Shown here: in pieces, positions 1-9,482 of the stretch
Layout: each line of letters opens with the position of its first letter
Position numbering within the stretch: position 1 is the stretch's first letter
Source of the DNA: Treponema sp.
GTDB taxonomy: Bacteria; Spirochaetota; Spirochaetia; Treponematales; Breznakiellaceae
Length of the DNA stretch: 43,705 nucleotides
Direction: 5' to 3'
NCBI GenBank assembly: GCA_031290325.1
Contig: JAITNU010000033.1
Location: forward strand, 1-43,705
The notes under the pieces: generated by a model
Seen by the model: the letters and a program-made list of their open reading frames with translations, nothing else
The model's database searches: none
What the model was told of the DNA's origin: nothing
Position numbers and translations under genes: made by a program

Positions 1-36
1 ATATAAGGCTGCCAATCACCTTATATGAATGATAGG

Positions 37-717
37 TTAAAAGGTACTTGATACCAAAGAAACAGCACCTCCTCCTGTCGGCATCCGAATGGATAAATCA
101 GTACCATCCTTGGTATATGACGCAGGGGCACCATTACCCCATTTTATATACGTGCCAGCAGCATCAGAGCTCAGAATATACGATTCGATTCCCCAATTAG
201 CACTACCAACACTGCGATATACCTCACCATTTGACCTTATTATGAGGAGCGTATACCGAGCATTGCCACTAGCAACACTACTACTATACCAAACGCCAAT
301 CCTGCTGCTGCCCGGTAAAATTCTTGTAAAATTCACATCAGCAGCCGGAGTAGCTCCAGCGGCAGGAGTATATCCGGTTAGGGTTAAGCTATCACCCGTT
401 TGCGTAGATGGATACATAACACCATTCACCGGTATTTCGTTGGTAGCCGATACAGGATTGTTCTCTTTTGTTAAGTTCGTACTGTAATACGCCTTTTTAG
501 TACCCGCAAGAGACCCAGCCTCATCGGTGAATATTATTGTTTCGTTCGCCACTCCCACTGTGGGTTTGACATCCACCCATGTCCCCAGCAATGGGTTGCT
601 GCCGCCACCGCCACCACCGCCATCATCATCATCCGCCGGACATCCGACAAACAGCGCCATCCCGAATACCAGCGCCAGGCTGAGTATTCCCGTCAAAAAT
701 CCCTTCTTTTTCATCAT
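37..717 (-). CDS. putative lipoprotein with Asp/Gly-rich linker
   Basis: ORF 37..744. AAGGAG lies 4 nt upstream of the ATGATG at 712-717, which favours a start at 717. The N-terminus MMKKKGFLTGILSLALVFGMALFVGC is a signal peptide with a lipobox Cys, followed by DDDDGGGGGGG. No enzymatic motif recognised. Confidence 0.65.
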   Translation of the reverse strand: MMKKKGFLTGILSLALVFGMALFVGCPADDDDGGGGGGGSNPLLGTWVDVKPTVGVANETIIFTDEAGSLAGTKKAYYSTNLTKENNPVSATNEIPVNGVMYPSTQTGDSLTLTGYTPAAGATPAADVNFTRILPGSSRIGVWYSSSVASGNARYTLLIIRSNGEVYRSVGSANWGIESYILSSDAAGTYIKWGNGAPASYTKDGTDLSIRMPTGGGAVSLVSSTF

Positions 718-903
718 CCCACTCCTTAATCTGGAATAGTTCATTCAGGAATATGGTTAGACCGGCCCTTGACCACTAAGCCATTCCCGCCTAACCCCAT
801 TGTACATAACTTTACTCAATTATAAGTTTTATTATGCACATACTACCAATATAACCAATATATAACAAATGTCAAGCCTATAGATTACCATTTTCTAAGT
901 ATT

Positions 904-1269
904 ATGAAAATCATGGGATTTAAGGAGAATTTGAAGGCCCAATTGGCTTATAAAAATATGCTGGTCAAAGAGTTGGCCGTTCATTCAGGCATCAATAAAC
1001 GAACCATTGATAACTATCTGCGGGAAAATGGTTCCATTCCTCCAGCCGACGCTGCGGTCAGTATTGCCCAGGTTCTGGGAGTTACTGTGGAAAACCTGGT
1101 TATCGGCCATGATAGCCACCTGGACAAGGCTTTTGCCCCGGATACCCGCGCCATCCTGAAATTCCTTGAAGAGCTTGATGAAATGGATCGCAAAATCGTG
1201 TACAATCTGGTAAAATCATTGAAAGAACGGAAAGATGCGGAGTATGCTGCGATGGAAGCACGGGCATAA
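904..1269 (+). CDS. XRE/Cro-C1 family helix-turn-helix transcriptional regulator
   Basis: 121 aa. The N-terminal segment LVKELAVHSGINKRTIDNYLRENGSIPPADAAVSIAQVLGVTVENLV is a typical HTH_3 pattern. A C-terminal helical tail follows. Confidence 0.8.
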   Translation: MKIMGFKENLKAQLAYKNMLVKELAVHSGINKRTIDNYLRENGSIPPADAAVSIAQVLGVTVENLVIGHDSHLDKAFAPDTRAILKFLEELDEMDRKIVYNLVKSLKERKDAEYAAMEARA

Positions 1270-1336
1270 ACCGGCAAAGGGAATTGACAAATACTACTAA
1301 TATAGAGGAATACACCCATTAAGAAAATCAATACCA

Positions 1337-2164
1337 ATGGACAGGCTCCCTATGGGAGTTGAAATGGTAACTCCATACTTATACGAAACTCATCTGCATA
1401 CGGTCCAGGCAAGCGCTTGTGCCTACTCCCGGGGACGGGACTATATCAGGGGATACCTGGACCTGGGATACACGGGCATCATCGTAACGGATCACTTCTA
1501 TAATGGTAATTCCTCACTACCCCGGAACCTGCCCTGGCGGGAATGGGTAAACCGTTTCTGTCAGGGGTATGAGGATGCACGGGAGGAAGGGGAGAAACAG
1601 GGGCTGGATGTGTTTTTTGGATGGGAAGAGACCTTTGATGGTGATGATTACCTGGTGTATGGCCTTGATAAGGCATGGCTTTTGCAGCACCCGGAAGCGG
1701 CTTCCTGGACTCGCCTTGACCAGTACCGCTCTGTCCGGCAATACGGCGGCTGTGTGGTCCAGGCCCACCCCTTCAGGCAGCACTATTACATCACCTGTAT
1801 CCATTTATCCACTGGCTGTGTCGATGCTGTGGAGGTTGCCAATGCTGGTAACCATGAACAATCCTATGATGCCCTGGCCCTGCGTTACGCCAGGCGGCTG
1901 GGACTGCCAATAAGCGCCGGTTCGGATATCCATGATGCGGAACTGCTTGAAACTGATGAGGTCTTCGGGGTGTATCTGGATAAGAAACTGAACACCATCC
2001 ATGATTATGTCAGGGCCATCCGTGAACATACCCTTGGGGAGCTTCATATATCCCCGGGTCGCTGTGATTCCTATGGCAACGAAACTGTCAGATTACCGGT
2101 CGATATCCGGGATGCCCATGACCGGAGCACTCACCGTACCTTGCGGGACTTCCTGAAGGACTAA
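1337..2164 (+). CDS. PHP-domain metal-dependent phosphoesterase
   Basis: 275 aa. YETHLHT near the N-terminus, TDHF, QAHPFR and GSDIHD give a PHP His/Asp motif pattern. The start could be the internal Met at 1364. Confidence 0.75.
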   Translation: MDRLPMGVEMVTPYLYETHLHTVQASACAYSRGRDYIRGYLDLGYTGIIVTDHFYNGNSSLPRNLPWREWVNRFCQGYEDAREEGEKQGLDVFFGWEETFDGDDYLVYGLDKAWLLQHPEAASWTRLDQYRSVRQYGGCVVQAHPFRQHYYITCIHLSTGCVDAVEVANAGNHEQSYDALALRYARRLGLPISAGSDIHDAELLETDEVFGVYLDKKLNTIHDYVRAIREHTLGELHISPGRCDSYGNETVRLPVDIRDAHDRSTHRTLRDFLKD

Positions 2165-2167
2165 CCC

Positions 2168-2953
2168 ATGCTCACCGACGCCCATTGCCACCCTTCGGAT
2201 CTCCGCACCCGCCTCCCAGAGGCTGAAGCAGAGCGGCGCGCCCTCGGCGTTGCCTGTGCTGCCAGCGCCTGGAACCAGGAGCAGTTTGAATACCACGAGC
2301 AAGTCGCCGCTCAAGCCAGAGCAGACGGCGCCCCGCCTATCATCTTATGCTTTGCCGTGCATCCCCAACTCCCCGCAACAGAACCCTACTCTGAAAAACT
2401 CTTCAGCCCCCTCCTCACGCTACTCAGGAATCGGATGGACGCAGTTGGGGAAACGGGGTTTGACCTGTACGATGCAGGGTTTCGGGCTACTGAAGCCCTG
2501 CAGGATGAACTTTTTGCAGCCCATGTAAGTTTAGCCCTGGAGCAGGGACTACCGCTGGTCCTCCATATACGCCGGGCCATGCACAAGGTCTTTGCGCATA
2601 CCAGGGCCTTAAAAAGACTCCCGGCAGTGATCTTCCATTCCTGGTCCGGGACCCTGGGAGAAGGGGAAGCACTGCTGCGCCGTGGAATCAAGGCCTACTT
2701 CTCCTTTGGCGCACCGCTCCTGCTCAACCACAAGGAGGCTATGCGTTCCTGGGCACAGCTTCCGGCTGAGAGGCTGCTCCTGGAAACCGACGCCCCCTAT
2801 CAGCCCCTCCGGGGCGCTCCTTTTTCCCGCTGGGGGGATCTGCCGGTGCTCCTCCAGGGAGCCGCCTGTTTAAGGAAGGGGGGGGGAAAGGCGGAAGCGC
2901 TTGAAACCCTCATTGAGGGGAATTTTTATCAGGCCTACGGTTTGAGAAGCTGA
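2168..2953 (+). CDS. TatD-family hydrolase
   Basis: 261 aa. Motifs seen: LTDAHCHP N-terminal metal motif, GETGFD, LVLHIR and LLETDAPY. The gene starts 3 nt after the PHP gene stop. Confidence 0.8.
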   Translation: MLTDAHCHPSDLRTRLPEAEAERRALGVACAASAWNQEQFEYHEQVAAQARADGAPPIILCFAVHPQLPATEPYSEKLFSPLLTLLRNRMDAVGETGFDLYDAGFRATEALQDELFAAHVSLALEQGLPLVLHIRRAMHKVFAHTRALKRLPAVIFHSWSGTLGEGEALLRRGIKAYFSFGAPLLLNHKEAMRSWAQLPAERLLLETDAPYQPLRGAPFSRWGDLPVLLQGAACLRKGGGKAEALETLIEGNFYQAYGLRS

Positions 2954-3617
2954 GTTCCGCGTCACTTTGCCGTAAATACTCAGGGCCGGAAAAGATATCC
3001 TGACTATGATTTGCCAGGTTAGTGTTTTTTGCTATAGTCAACAGCTCGATTCCCCGGCCTTTTCGCCGGAGCGGATCCAGGTAAAGCCGTTTGACCGGAA
3101 CAAGGGGACACAGCTCCGGCAGCAGTATATGCGCGTCGGGACCGGTGAGGAACAGTGGATCATCCCTCATGTTTGCGGCTATTGTATCGGCTATGGTCAG
3201 GGGGTCGGCGTCCATAAACGGCGAGAGCCGTTCGTTTCTCCGGTACAGGGCGATAAAATAGCGGTGCTTCTTGGCATCAATGACGGGGAGGACGATACCG
3301 GGCCAGGTCCGGTACGATGCAGCGATACAATCCAGGGTGGGGATGGCAAGCATGGGAATTCCCAGGGAGAGGGCCAGCCCCTTGGCTGCTGCAAAACCGA
3401 TCCGCAGCCCTGTAAACGAACCGGGGCCTTTCATGCACGCAACGAGCTCAATATCCCCTGGGTGTAGACCGGCGATTTTTATAACCTGCTCCGTTACATC
3501 CATGAGGAGTTCCGAATGTCGTTGTCCCGCGTCTATTTCAAAGGAGAAAGTCCCGTTTCCCGTGCCAAGGGCAACGGATAAAAGCGTTGTTGCCGTATCG
3601 AGGGCCAGTATGTTCAC
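2910..3617 (-). CDS. tsaB: tRNA t6A biosynthesis protein TsaB (YeaZ)
   Basis: 235 aa. MNILALDTATTLLSVALG and GPGSFTGLRIG are hallmark TsaB motifs. There is a 4-nt overlap with the upstream tsaE. Confidence 0.85.
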   Translation of the reverse strand: MNILALDTATTLLSVALGTGNGTFSFEIDAGQRHSELLMDVTEQVIKIAGLHPGDIELVACMKGPGSFTGLRIGFAAAKGLALSLGIPMLAIPTLDCIAASYRTWPGIVLPVIDAKKHRYFIALYRRNERLSPFMDADPLTIADTIAANMRDDPLFLTGPDAHILLPELCPLVPVKRLYLDPLRRKGRGIELLTIAKNTNLANHSQDIFSGPEYLRQSDAELSFSNRRPDKNSPQ

Positions 3618-4060
3618 CGCTCAAGGTTCCTGATGAGTATTTTACGGTGATTCGATTCTCGTATTTCGAGTTCAACGATAATGGCATACTCAGGGATGGA
3701 AATCCGTTCACTCCATTCAATAACCGAAACCCCTGCCCCGTAGAGTATCTCTTCTCCCCCCAGGGCGCTGAAATCGTCATCCCCCTGGAGCCGGTATGCA
3801 TCTATATGGTAGAAGGGGAGGTTCCCCTCATATTCGGAAATAATCGTATAGGTCGGGCTGGTAACTTCTTCAGATACCCCAAGCCCCCGGGCAATGCCCT
3901 TGGTGAGATAGGTCTTCCCTGCGCCTAAGCCCCCTCTCAGGGCGACAATACTGCCCTGGTGCAGGAACCGGGCGATACGCTCCCCCAGGGCCATGGTTTC
4001 TTCTGGGGATGATGAAATGAACTCAGTCAGGAAGTGCCCCGCGCTCATCAATGGCATCAA
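3614..4060 (-). CDS. tsaE: tRNA t6A biosynthesis ATPase TsaE (YjeE)
   Basis: 148 aa. Walker A GGLGAGKTYLTKGIARGLG followed by SPTYTI and HIDAYRL. The start may be the Met at 4048. Confidence 0.85.
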   Translation of the reverse strand: MMPLMSAGHFLTEFISSSPEETMALGERIARFLHQGSIVALRGGLGAGKTYLTKGIARGLGVSEEVTSPTYTIISEYEGNLPFYHIDAYRLQGDDDFSALGGEEILYGAGVSVIEWSERISIPEYAIIVELEIRESNHRKILIRNLER

Positions 4061-4286
4061 TGGAGGTCTTTAAGGCTCTCAGAATCGGCACCAGAGGATA
4101 ATCAAGCGGTTCGGCTATGGTAATTAAAATTTCTTTCTGACCGGTTGGCTTGGTTTCAATTGAAAAATCAATATGCCGCTCTACCGGTTTGTCCAGCAGC
4201 TCCATGATAACAATACCTGAAAAAAGCCGACGATAATAAATAGGAACATCTTTCCGAATGAGTTCTTTGATTTCAAGTATCTTCAT
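4023..4286 (-). CDS. hypothetical 87-aa protein
   Basis: Open frame co-oriented with tsaE and overlapping its start. No Shine-Dalgarno sequence seen and no recognisable domain. Confidence 0.45.
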   Translation of the reverse strand: MKILEIKELIRKDVPIYYRRLFSGIVIMELLDKPVERHIDFSIETKPTGQKEILITIAEPLDYPLVPILRALKTSIDAIDERGALPD

Positions 4287-4409
4287 TTCTTATAAATCAT
4301 ACCTGTTTTAATAAACTGAGCCTGCACTATGATGCCGATGGCCCCATACCCTGTTTGTCCACTCCAAACAAGATTATAGTTATAATATCGGAATGAACTC
4401 CCCATATCT

Positions 4410-5234
4410 TTAATAATCTGCATTCGAGATAGCCGCATAGAGTTTTAATAAACGGGGTGCCAGTTCATATTCCGCTAAATCTCCTACCAGCACGACGTCC
4501 TTTGCCTCGTAAGCGGTCACCAGTTCTTTGAGGGATGCGCCGAATCCCTCGATAAAATCATGCATGGAAAGGGTATCAATGGATAGGTCATGCAACACAA
4601 GCCCGGCTAAGGTGAGGAGATGGAGGATCCTGAAGAGCTTTTCGGTAATGTGGGAAAAGAGGTGCACTGTTTCCGCCGCTTTGCTGTCTTTACCGGTTTG
4701 AATATCCAGGGGGAGGTCCTCAAGGCGTTTCGCAACTTCCATAACCAGGGAACCCAGGGCATTGAGTTCTCCTGTCGGATCGGTCAGTTCCCGGATGCGT
4801 TCATCAATCAGATGCCCCATTTCCTCTGGGGTAAACCCTTCTCCTCCCAGGGTTTTACCGATCCATTCACCAATATCGGGAATCTGTTCCGCTAAGAAAT
4901 GGGCAGCAGCCTCTTCTTCCCAAGCCTTTCTTATACGGTCCTCAAATGGGGCATTGCCATAGACCCTCAGCTCTTCCTGGGCACGATGGAACGCATCCAA
5001 TGCCAGCTCAGACCAGGAAAGAATACGGATATCAACGGTCTTGATGTTTGCCACCTCCCAACTGAAAACATCCGTAAGAACATCAGCATCAATGGGAGAT
5101 CCATCAATCTGTAAGCCGCTTATCCGATGTTCCGAACCCTCAAGCCACCCCTCAAGCCCGGATAAAACATCACCCAGGGTTTTTTCCGCTTCCAGGGTAA
5201 TATCCGCCGGTTTTCCATTAATGGATATGTCCAT
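4410..5234 (-). CDS. hypothetical acidic helical protein encoded directly downstream of fliD
   Basis: 274 aa. The start is 5 nt after the fliD stop, so the two are co-transcribed or coupled. No motif recognised. Too long and too dissimilar to be FliS or FlaG. Confidence 0.65.
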   Translation of the reverse strand: MDISINGKPADITLEAEKTLGDVLSGLEGWLEGSEHRISGLQIDGSPIDADVLTDVFSWEVANIKTVDIRILSWSELALDAFHRAQEELRVYGNAPFEDRIRKAWEEEAAAHFLAEQIPDIGEWIGKTLGGEGFTPEEMGHLIDERIRELTDPTGELNALGSLVMEVAKRLEDLPLDIQTGKDSKAAETVHLFSHITEKLFRILHLLTLAGLVLHDLSIDTLSMHDFIEGFGASLKELVTAYEAKDVVLVGDLAEYELAPRLLKLYAAISNADY

Positions 5235-5239
5235 ATACC

Positions 5240-7189
5240 TTACCTGTTATTATTATTCTGCTGACTAAACTGATCAAAGGATGTAGACATCCGTTCCATG
5301 CGATTATACGCGCTTTCCATCTGACCGTACTGGTTTTTCAAACTAGCCTCTTTAGCGGCAAGCTGCCGGTCCAGGGTGTCCATACGCCGCTGTTCCTGGT
5401 TTATCCGTGAATCAATAGCACCGGTTTTCAGGGTGATAATACCACCAATTTCCACATAGGGCTTGGAAAGGGTTTCAAAGCTATAGGCAACCCCTGAATC
5501 AACGATGAGGTCTCCATCGGTATCATACCCGAAAAGCTGGCGAATGGCGGCTGTATTGGTTTGTAACGCTGCATCCAGAACTTTCTCGTCTATTTCGAGG
5601 TAGCCTCGCAGCCGTGCGGGATCATAGCCAACGCTGCCTCCAGAACCCCGTCTGTCGGTACCAATACCTATCTGGGCCAGAAGCCCCACTTCCTGATCGT
5701 CCGCCGTCTGGTAGGGGGCGGTAGCGGCCCTTTGGAGGGTGTTCCGGTATTGATTCAAGATAGAATCCCCCGCAAAGATCCCCATACGCTTACGGAGGGC
5801 ATCCTGTTCTTCTGAAGAAAGGTAGGTAAGTTCCTGGACAATCCGTTCGTCATTGCGGGTTAATACATTAACCTCCGCCATGAGGCGATTGTAATTCCCC
5901 ACCAGGGTTATAATGGCATCCTTGATTGCTTCCCGGTCAGGTTCAACACTGAATCGCACCGGCTTATCCGAAGGCCCTTTGGCCGTAAGGGTAACCCCCG
6001 GTATGAGATCACCTATCGTATTATTCGGACGGATGATTTCAATCCCCTCCATGGAGACTATCGCATCCTGAGCCACAGAAACGCGGTTGAGGGGCTGCAA
6101 CCCTCCTTCAGTAGCCGCATCAGGATCAACGAGGCGTATGTTCCTGATGGAAACATGCTTCTGGGTGTTTCTATTAACCAGGTCCATGGATACTATGGTC
6201 CCGGCACTATCGGAAAGCCGGTACTCATAGGACGAGAAATTCTCAGCAGCTCCGATAGGGGGAAGGAGTGCCGAAGTACCATCAGCAAAGGTCAGGGAGA
6301 GGACCTGCATATCCTCATCGGCGGTCTCCAGTTGAGGCTCCGCTGCATCATCAACATCTAGCGTTTCATTCCCGGGAACCATTGAGATGGCGGTTTCAAA
6401 TTGCAGCAGCATCCCTTGGGACGGCTCAAAACTCAGGGGTATCACCGCCTTGCCCCCGGCCTCTACCTTGAGGGACCCATCTTCAAAGTGCAGAAACTGA
6501 ACGGACTTTGGTCCCGAGGCGCCCTGAATGGCCACCGGATCAAGGGCCACATCCGTGGCACCATCATAAGCCGGCTGATCCCCCAGTATGCCTGCCTGGA
6601 GCGCTAAATCCATTGCCTTGCCGAGAAACTGAAGCCGGTTTTCCGCTCCCGTTACCTTGGATTCTATAAGCAGGGATTTTTTTCCCTGCTGAATCGAGAT
6701 AAGGCTTGCCTGGATCTTGTCCCGTCCCCGCCGGTTCAAGATATCGATAAATTCCCGTGCCGAACCGCCCCGGAAATTAAAAGATGTTTCATTTTGACCC
6801 ACGGAAAAGGTATAGGTTCCTTCCTCGATCTTAAAGGAATCTTCCAGGGGGGCAGATAAGAAGCGATCCCCCTGGGCGATTTGTTTAACGGTAAAGTTGT
6901 AGTCCCGTGGTACTGCTTCCCGGGTAGCGGTTCCGGTAATAACGGACGAATCCGATGCATTAATAACCCGATCATTAAAAGGATTTTGAAAAGAATAGAG
7001 CATCCGTGCGCTATCCCGAAGGCTTGTCATGAACCTGCCCAAATCCTGCCAGTATGTTTTTTTAACTTGTAAATCTTCGATCTCTTTCTGAGAACGATCC
7101 TTGGGGAGCCGTTCAATCTTCATGAGACCTTCGATCATTTTTTCTGTATCAAACCGGCTTTTTACCCCCGGTACATATATATCAGACAT
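5240..7189 (-). CDS. fliD: flagellar filament cap protein FliD
   Basis: 649 aa. The N-terminal YVPGVKSRFDTEKMIEGLMKIERLP and the C-terminal coiled segment RRMDTLDRQLAAKEASLKNQYGQMESAYNRME are typical FliD N and C regions. Located next to the flagellin genes. Confidence 0.9.
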   Translation of the reverse strand: MSDIYVPGVKSRFDTEKMIEGLMKIERLPKDRSQKEIEDLQVKKTYWQDLGRFMTSLRDSARMLYSFQNPFNDRVINASDSSVITGTATREAVPRDYNFTVKQIAQGDRFLSAPLEDSFKIEEGTYTFSVGQNETSFNFRGGSAREFIDILNRRGRDKIQASLISIQQGKKSLLIESKVTGAENRLQFLGKAMDLALQAGILGDQPAYDGATDVALDPVAIQGASGPKSVQFLHFEDGSLKVEAGGKAVIPLSFEPSQGMLLQFETAISMVPGNETLDVDDAAEPQLETADEDMQVLSLTFADGTSALLPPIGAAENFSSYEYRLSDSAGTIVSMDLVNRNTQKHVSIRNIRLVDPDAATEGGLQPLNRVSVAQDAIVSMEGIEIIRPNNTIGDLIPGVTLTAKGPSDKPVRFSVEPDREAIKDAIITLVGNYNRLMAEVNVLTRNDERIVQELTYLSSEEQDALRKRMGIFAGDSILNQYRNTLQRAATAPYQTADDQEVGLLAQIGIGTDRRGSGGSVGYDPARLRGYLEIDEKVLDAALQTNTAAIRQLFGYDTDGDLIVDSGVAYSFETLSKPYVEIGGIITLKTGAIDSRINQEQRRMDTLDRQLAAKEASLKNQYGQMESAYNRMERMSTSFDQFSQQNNNNR

Positions 7190-7336
7190 TGCTGTGCTAC
7201 TGCTGCTCCTTGATACTTATACAAGGTTACTGCTAACCTTGCCGGTCAATTCCTGCTTCGTCGCCGTCGTTTACACATTTGTGACCGACCTTCCGGCTCC
7301 ACAGGCTTAAACGGTAGAGCCTACCGCATAGATAGT

Positions 7337-7373
7337 AAAAAAAGGACGGAGAAAGGCGCGATCTTCTCCGCCC
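7337..7373 (-). terminator. rho-independent terminator after flaB (7444..8289)
   Basis: Minus strand reads GGGCGGAGAAG-ATCGCG-CCTTTCTCCGTCC followed by TTTTTTT. This is a GC-rich stem with one bulge and a 7-U tract. Confidence 0.6.
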
Positions 7374-7443
7374 TACATTTCAAAAGGCGACGTCCAGATG
7401 CCTCTTGATCTGCCTAAAAAAAACCTAAAAACGAAAGGCCGGT

Positions 7444-8289
7444 TTAGCTCAGGAGCTGTAAAACCGAGGAACTCCGCTGATTTGCCTGCGCCAGCATAGC
7501 GGTGCCCGCCTGGGACAGAATCTGATTCTTGGTATAGGAAACCATTTCCGAGGCCATATTCGCATCCCGCACCCGAGATTCGGAAGCCTGAAGGTTCTCT
7601 GCCGCAATGGCAACCCCACCGGCAGCAGTCTCAAACCGGTTTTGATACGCACCGAGATCAGCACGCTGTTTGGAGACAATCTGGAGCGCGGAATCAAGGG
7701 TCCCGATCACCTGATTGGCGCCTTCAAGACTACCAATCTGTTCGACAACACCGCCCTCTTCACCCTGTAAGCCGAGGGACTGAGCAGTTATAGCTCCAAT
7801 AAAGATCTGTTCGCTTTGGTCCATATTGGCCCCGACCTGGAACCGCATGACCTTCTCGCCTTCCTGGGCATAGGCCCCGGTCAGGATATTCATACCGTTG
7901 AACTGAGCATGGCTCGCAATCCGGTTGACTTCATCGACCAACTGAGAAACCTCGACCTGGATCTGCATCCGATCCTCATCGGTATAGATACCGTTGGCAG
8001 ACTGGACCGACAAATCCCGCACCCGGTGCAGAATATCCTGGGTTTCCTGAAGATACCCTTCAGTGGTCTGAATAAAGGACACCCCATTCTGGATGTTCTG
8101 TTCAGCCTGATTTAAACCACGGATCTGACTCCGCATTTTCTCAGAAACCGCAAGACCGGAAGCGTCATCCGCCGCCTTATTGATCCGCTGGCCAGAACTC
8201 AGTTTCTCAATGTTCTGCCCTACATTAGCCTGGGTGATGCCCAGATTCCGATTAGCATACTGAGCACTCATGTTATGATTAATTATCAT
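7444..8289 (-). CDS. flaB: flagellar filament core flagellin FlaB
   Basis: 281 aa. It has [17 protein letters not shown], the conserved spirochaete FlaB N-terminus, and the C-terminus [27 protein letters not shown] sequence is AAGGAGGG. Confidence 0.95.
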   Translation of the reverse strand: MIINHNMSAQYANRNLGITQANVGQNIEKLSSGQRINKAADDASGLAVSEKMRSQIRGLNQAEQNIQNGVSFIQTTEGYLQETQDILHRVRDLSVQSANGIYTDEDRMQIQVEVSQLVDEVNRIASHAQFNGMNILTGAYAQEGEKVMRFQVGANMDQSEQIFIGAITAQSLGLQGEEGGVVEQIGSLEGANQVIGTLDSALQIVSKQRADLGAYQNRFETAAGGVAIAAENLQASESRVRDANMASEMVSYTKNQILSQAGTAMLAQANQRSSSVLQLLS

Positions 8290-8483
8290 ACAAAAAACCC
8301 TCCTTGGGTTGGTAACCCCTGCTATCCATAGCTGAGGCTGAACCGTATATACGAAAATCCCAGAAGCAGTTTCGCGCTGATTCCCCCGAAATTTCCAAAA
8401 CGGAACGAAACGATTATCAATAGACTAGGATTTTATCTTCCCTCTCCTTAATAATCGATCCGCACCGTCACACGGCTATATAA

Positions 8484-8512
8484 TATATACACCAATCAAG
8501 GATTTTTGTCAA
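8484..8512 (-). promoter_or_regulatory. sigma-70-type promoter for flaB (7444..8289)
   Basis: Minus strand reads TTGACA-N17-TATATA (plus-strand tgtcaa 8507-8512, tatata 8484-8489). This implies a leader of about 190 nt. Confidence 0.5.
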
Positions 8513-8570
8513 GAACTCGACTATTCTTTTTTAAAAAAAATTAAAATAGCCGTTTGTCAACCCTAACCCT

Positions 8571-9431
8571 TTACTGGAGGAGCTGTAATACCGCGCTCGT
8601 CCGCTGATTGGCCTGGGCCAGCATAGCCGTACCCGCCTGGGACAGAATCTGATCCCGGGTAAAGGAGACCATCTGGTTGGCCATATTGGTATCCCGAATC
8701 CGAGATTCTGAAGCCTGGAAATTCTCCGCGCTTATATCCACACCCCGAATGGTGTGTTCAAGCCGGTTCTGATATGCCCCCAGGTCCGCCCGCTGCTTGC
8801 TGACCGTCTTGAGCGCCGTATCCAGAGTCCCAATGGCCTGGTTCGCATCGTCCAGGCTGTCAAGCTTGATAATGGCCTGATCCGTCGCATTGCGAACTCC
8901 CAGAGCCGCAGAGGTCATCGTAGCGATAAACACCTGCTCCCGCTGATCGATGTTGGCGCCCACATGGAACCACATGGAAGCGGTAATGGTGTTGTCCCCG
9001 TTCTGCTGGGCAAAACGGCCGGTAAGCATATTCATGCCGTTGAACTGGGCATGGCTGGCAATGCGGTCGATTTCATCGACCAACTGGGAGACTTCGACCT
9101 GCACTTGCATCCGGTCATCTTCGGTGTAAATACCGTTGGCGGACTGAACAGCCAGTTCCCGGACCCGCTGGAGTATATCCTGGGTTTCCTGCAGATAGCC
9201 TTCAGTGGTCTGGATAAAGGAAATACCATTCGCCGCATTGGCGGAAGCCACATTCAAACCACGAATTTGGCTGCGCAGTTTTTCAGAAACCGCAAGCCCG
9301 GAAGCGTCATCCGCCGCCTTGTTAATACGAAGCCCAGAAGCAAGCTTCTCCATGGAACCGGTAATACTATTCTGGGTATTACTAAGGGTCCTGTTGGCGT
9401 ACTGGGCACTCAGGTTATGGTTGATGATCAT
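8571..9431 (-). CDS. flaB: flagellar filament core flagellin FlaB (second paralog)
   Basis: 286 aa. [17 protein letters not shown] at the N-terminus and [25 protein letters not shown] at the C-terminus. SD sequence is AAGGAGGA. Confidence 0.95.
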   Translation of the reverse strand: MIINHNLSAQYANRTLSNTQNSITGSMEKLASGLRINKAADDASGLAVSEKLRSQIRGLNVASANAANGISFIQTTEGYLQETQDILQRVRELAVQSANGIYTEDDRMQVQVEVSQLVDEIDRIASHAQFNGMNMLTGRFAQQNGDNTITASMWFHVGANIDQREQVFIATMTSAALGVRNATDQAIIKLDSLDDANQAIGTLDTALKTVSKQRADLGAYQNRLEHTIRGVDISAENFQASESRIRDTNMANQMVSFTRDQILSQAGTAMLAQANQRTSAVLQLLQ

Positions 9432-9482
9432 GTCATCCTCCTTGAATTGTATTATAAAGGCATCCTTGCCTCTAAATTTGAT

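Noticed and set aside
752-795. Minus-strand GCGGGAATGGCTTAGTGGTCAAGGGCCGG, resembling a tRNA 5' half (acceptor plus D-arm)
   Set aside because: No T-arm (GTTCRA) or matching 3' acceptor strand follows. It folds instead as a simple long hairpin.
4023-4286. Possible PilZ (c-di-GMP binding) identity of the 87-aa ORF, based on DFSIET resembling D-x-S-x-x-G
   Set aside because: The RxxxR motif is absent at the expected position, and the second motif lacks the Gly. The similarity is too weak to support the call.
9451-9456. Minus-strand TATAAT 20 nt upstream of the flaB (9431) start as its promoter -10
   Set aside because: No acceptable -35 lies at 16-18 nt (AAATTT at best), and it would give a leader of only about 13 nt. 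It is kept only as a weak alternative in the sigma-28 finding.
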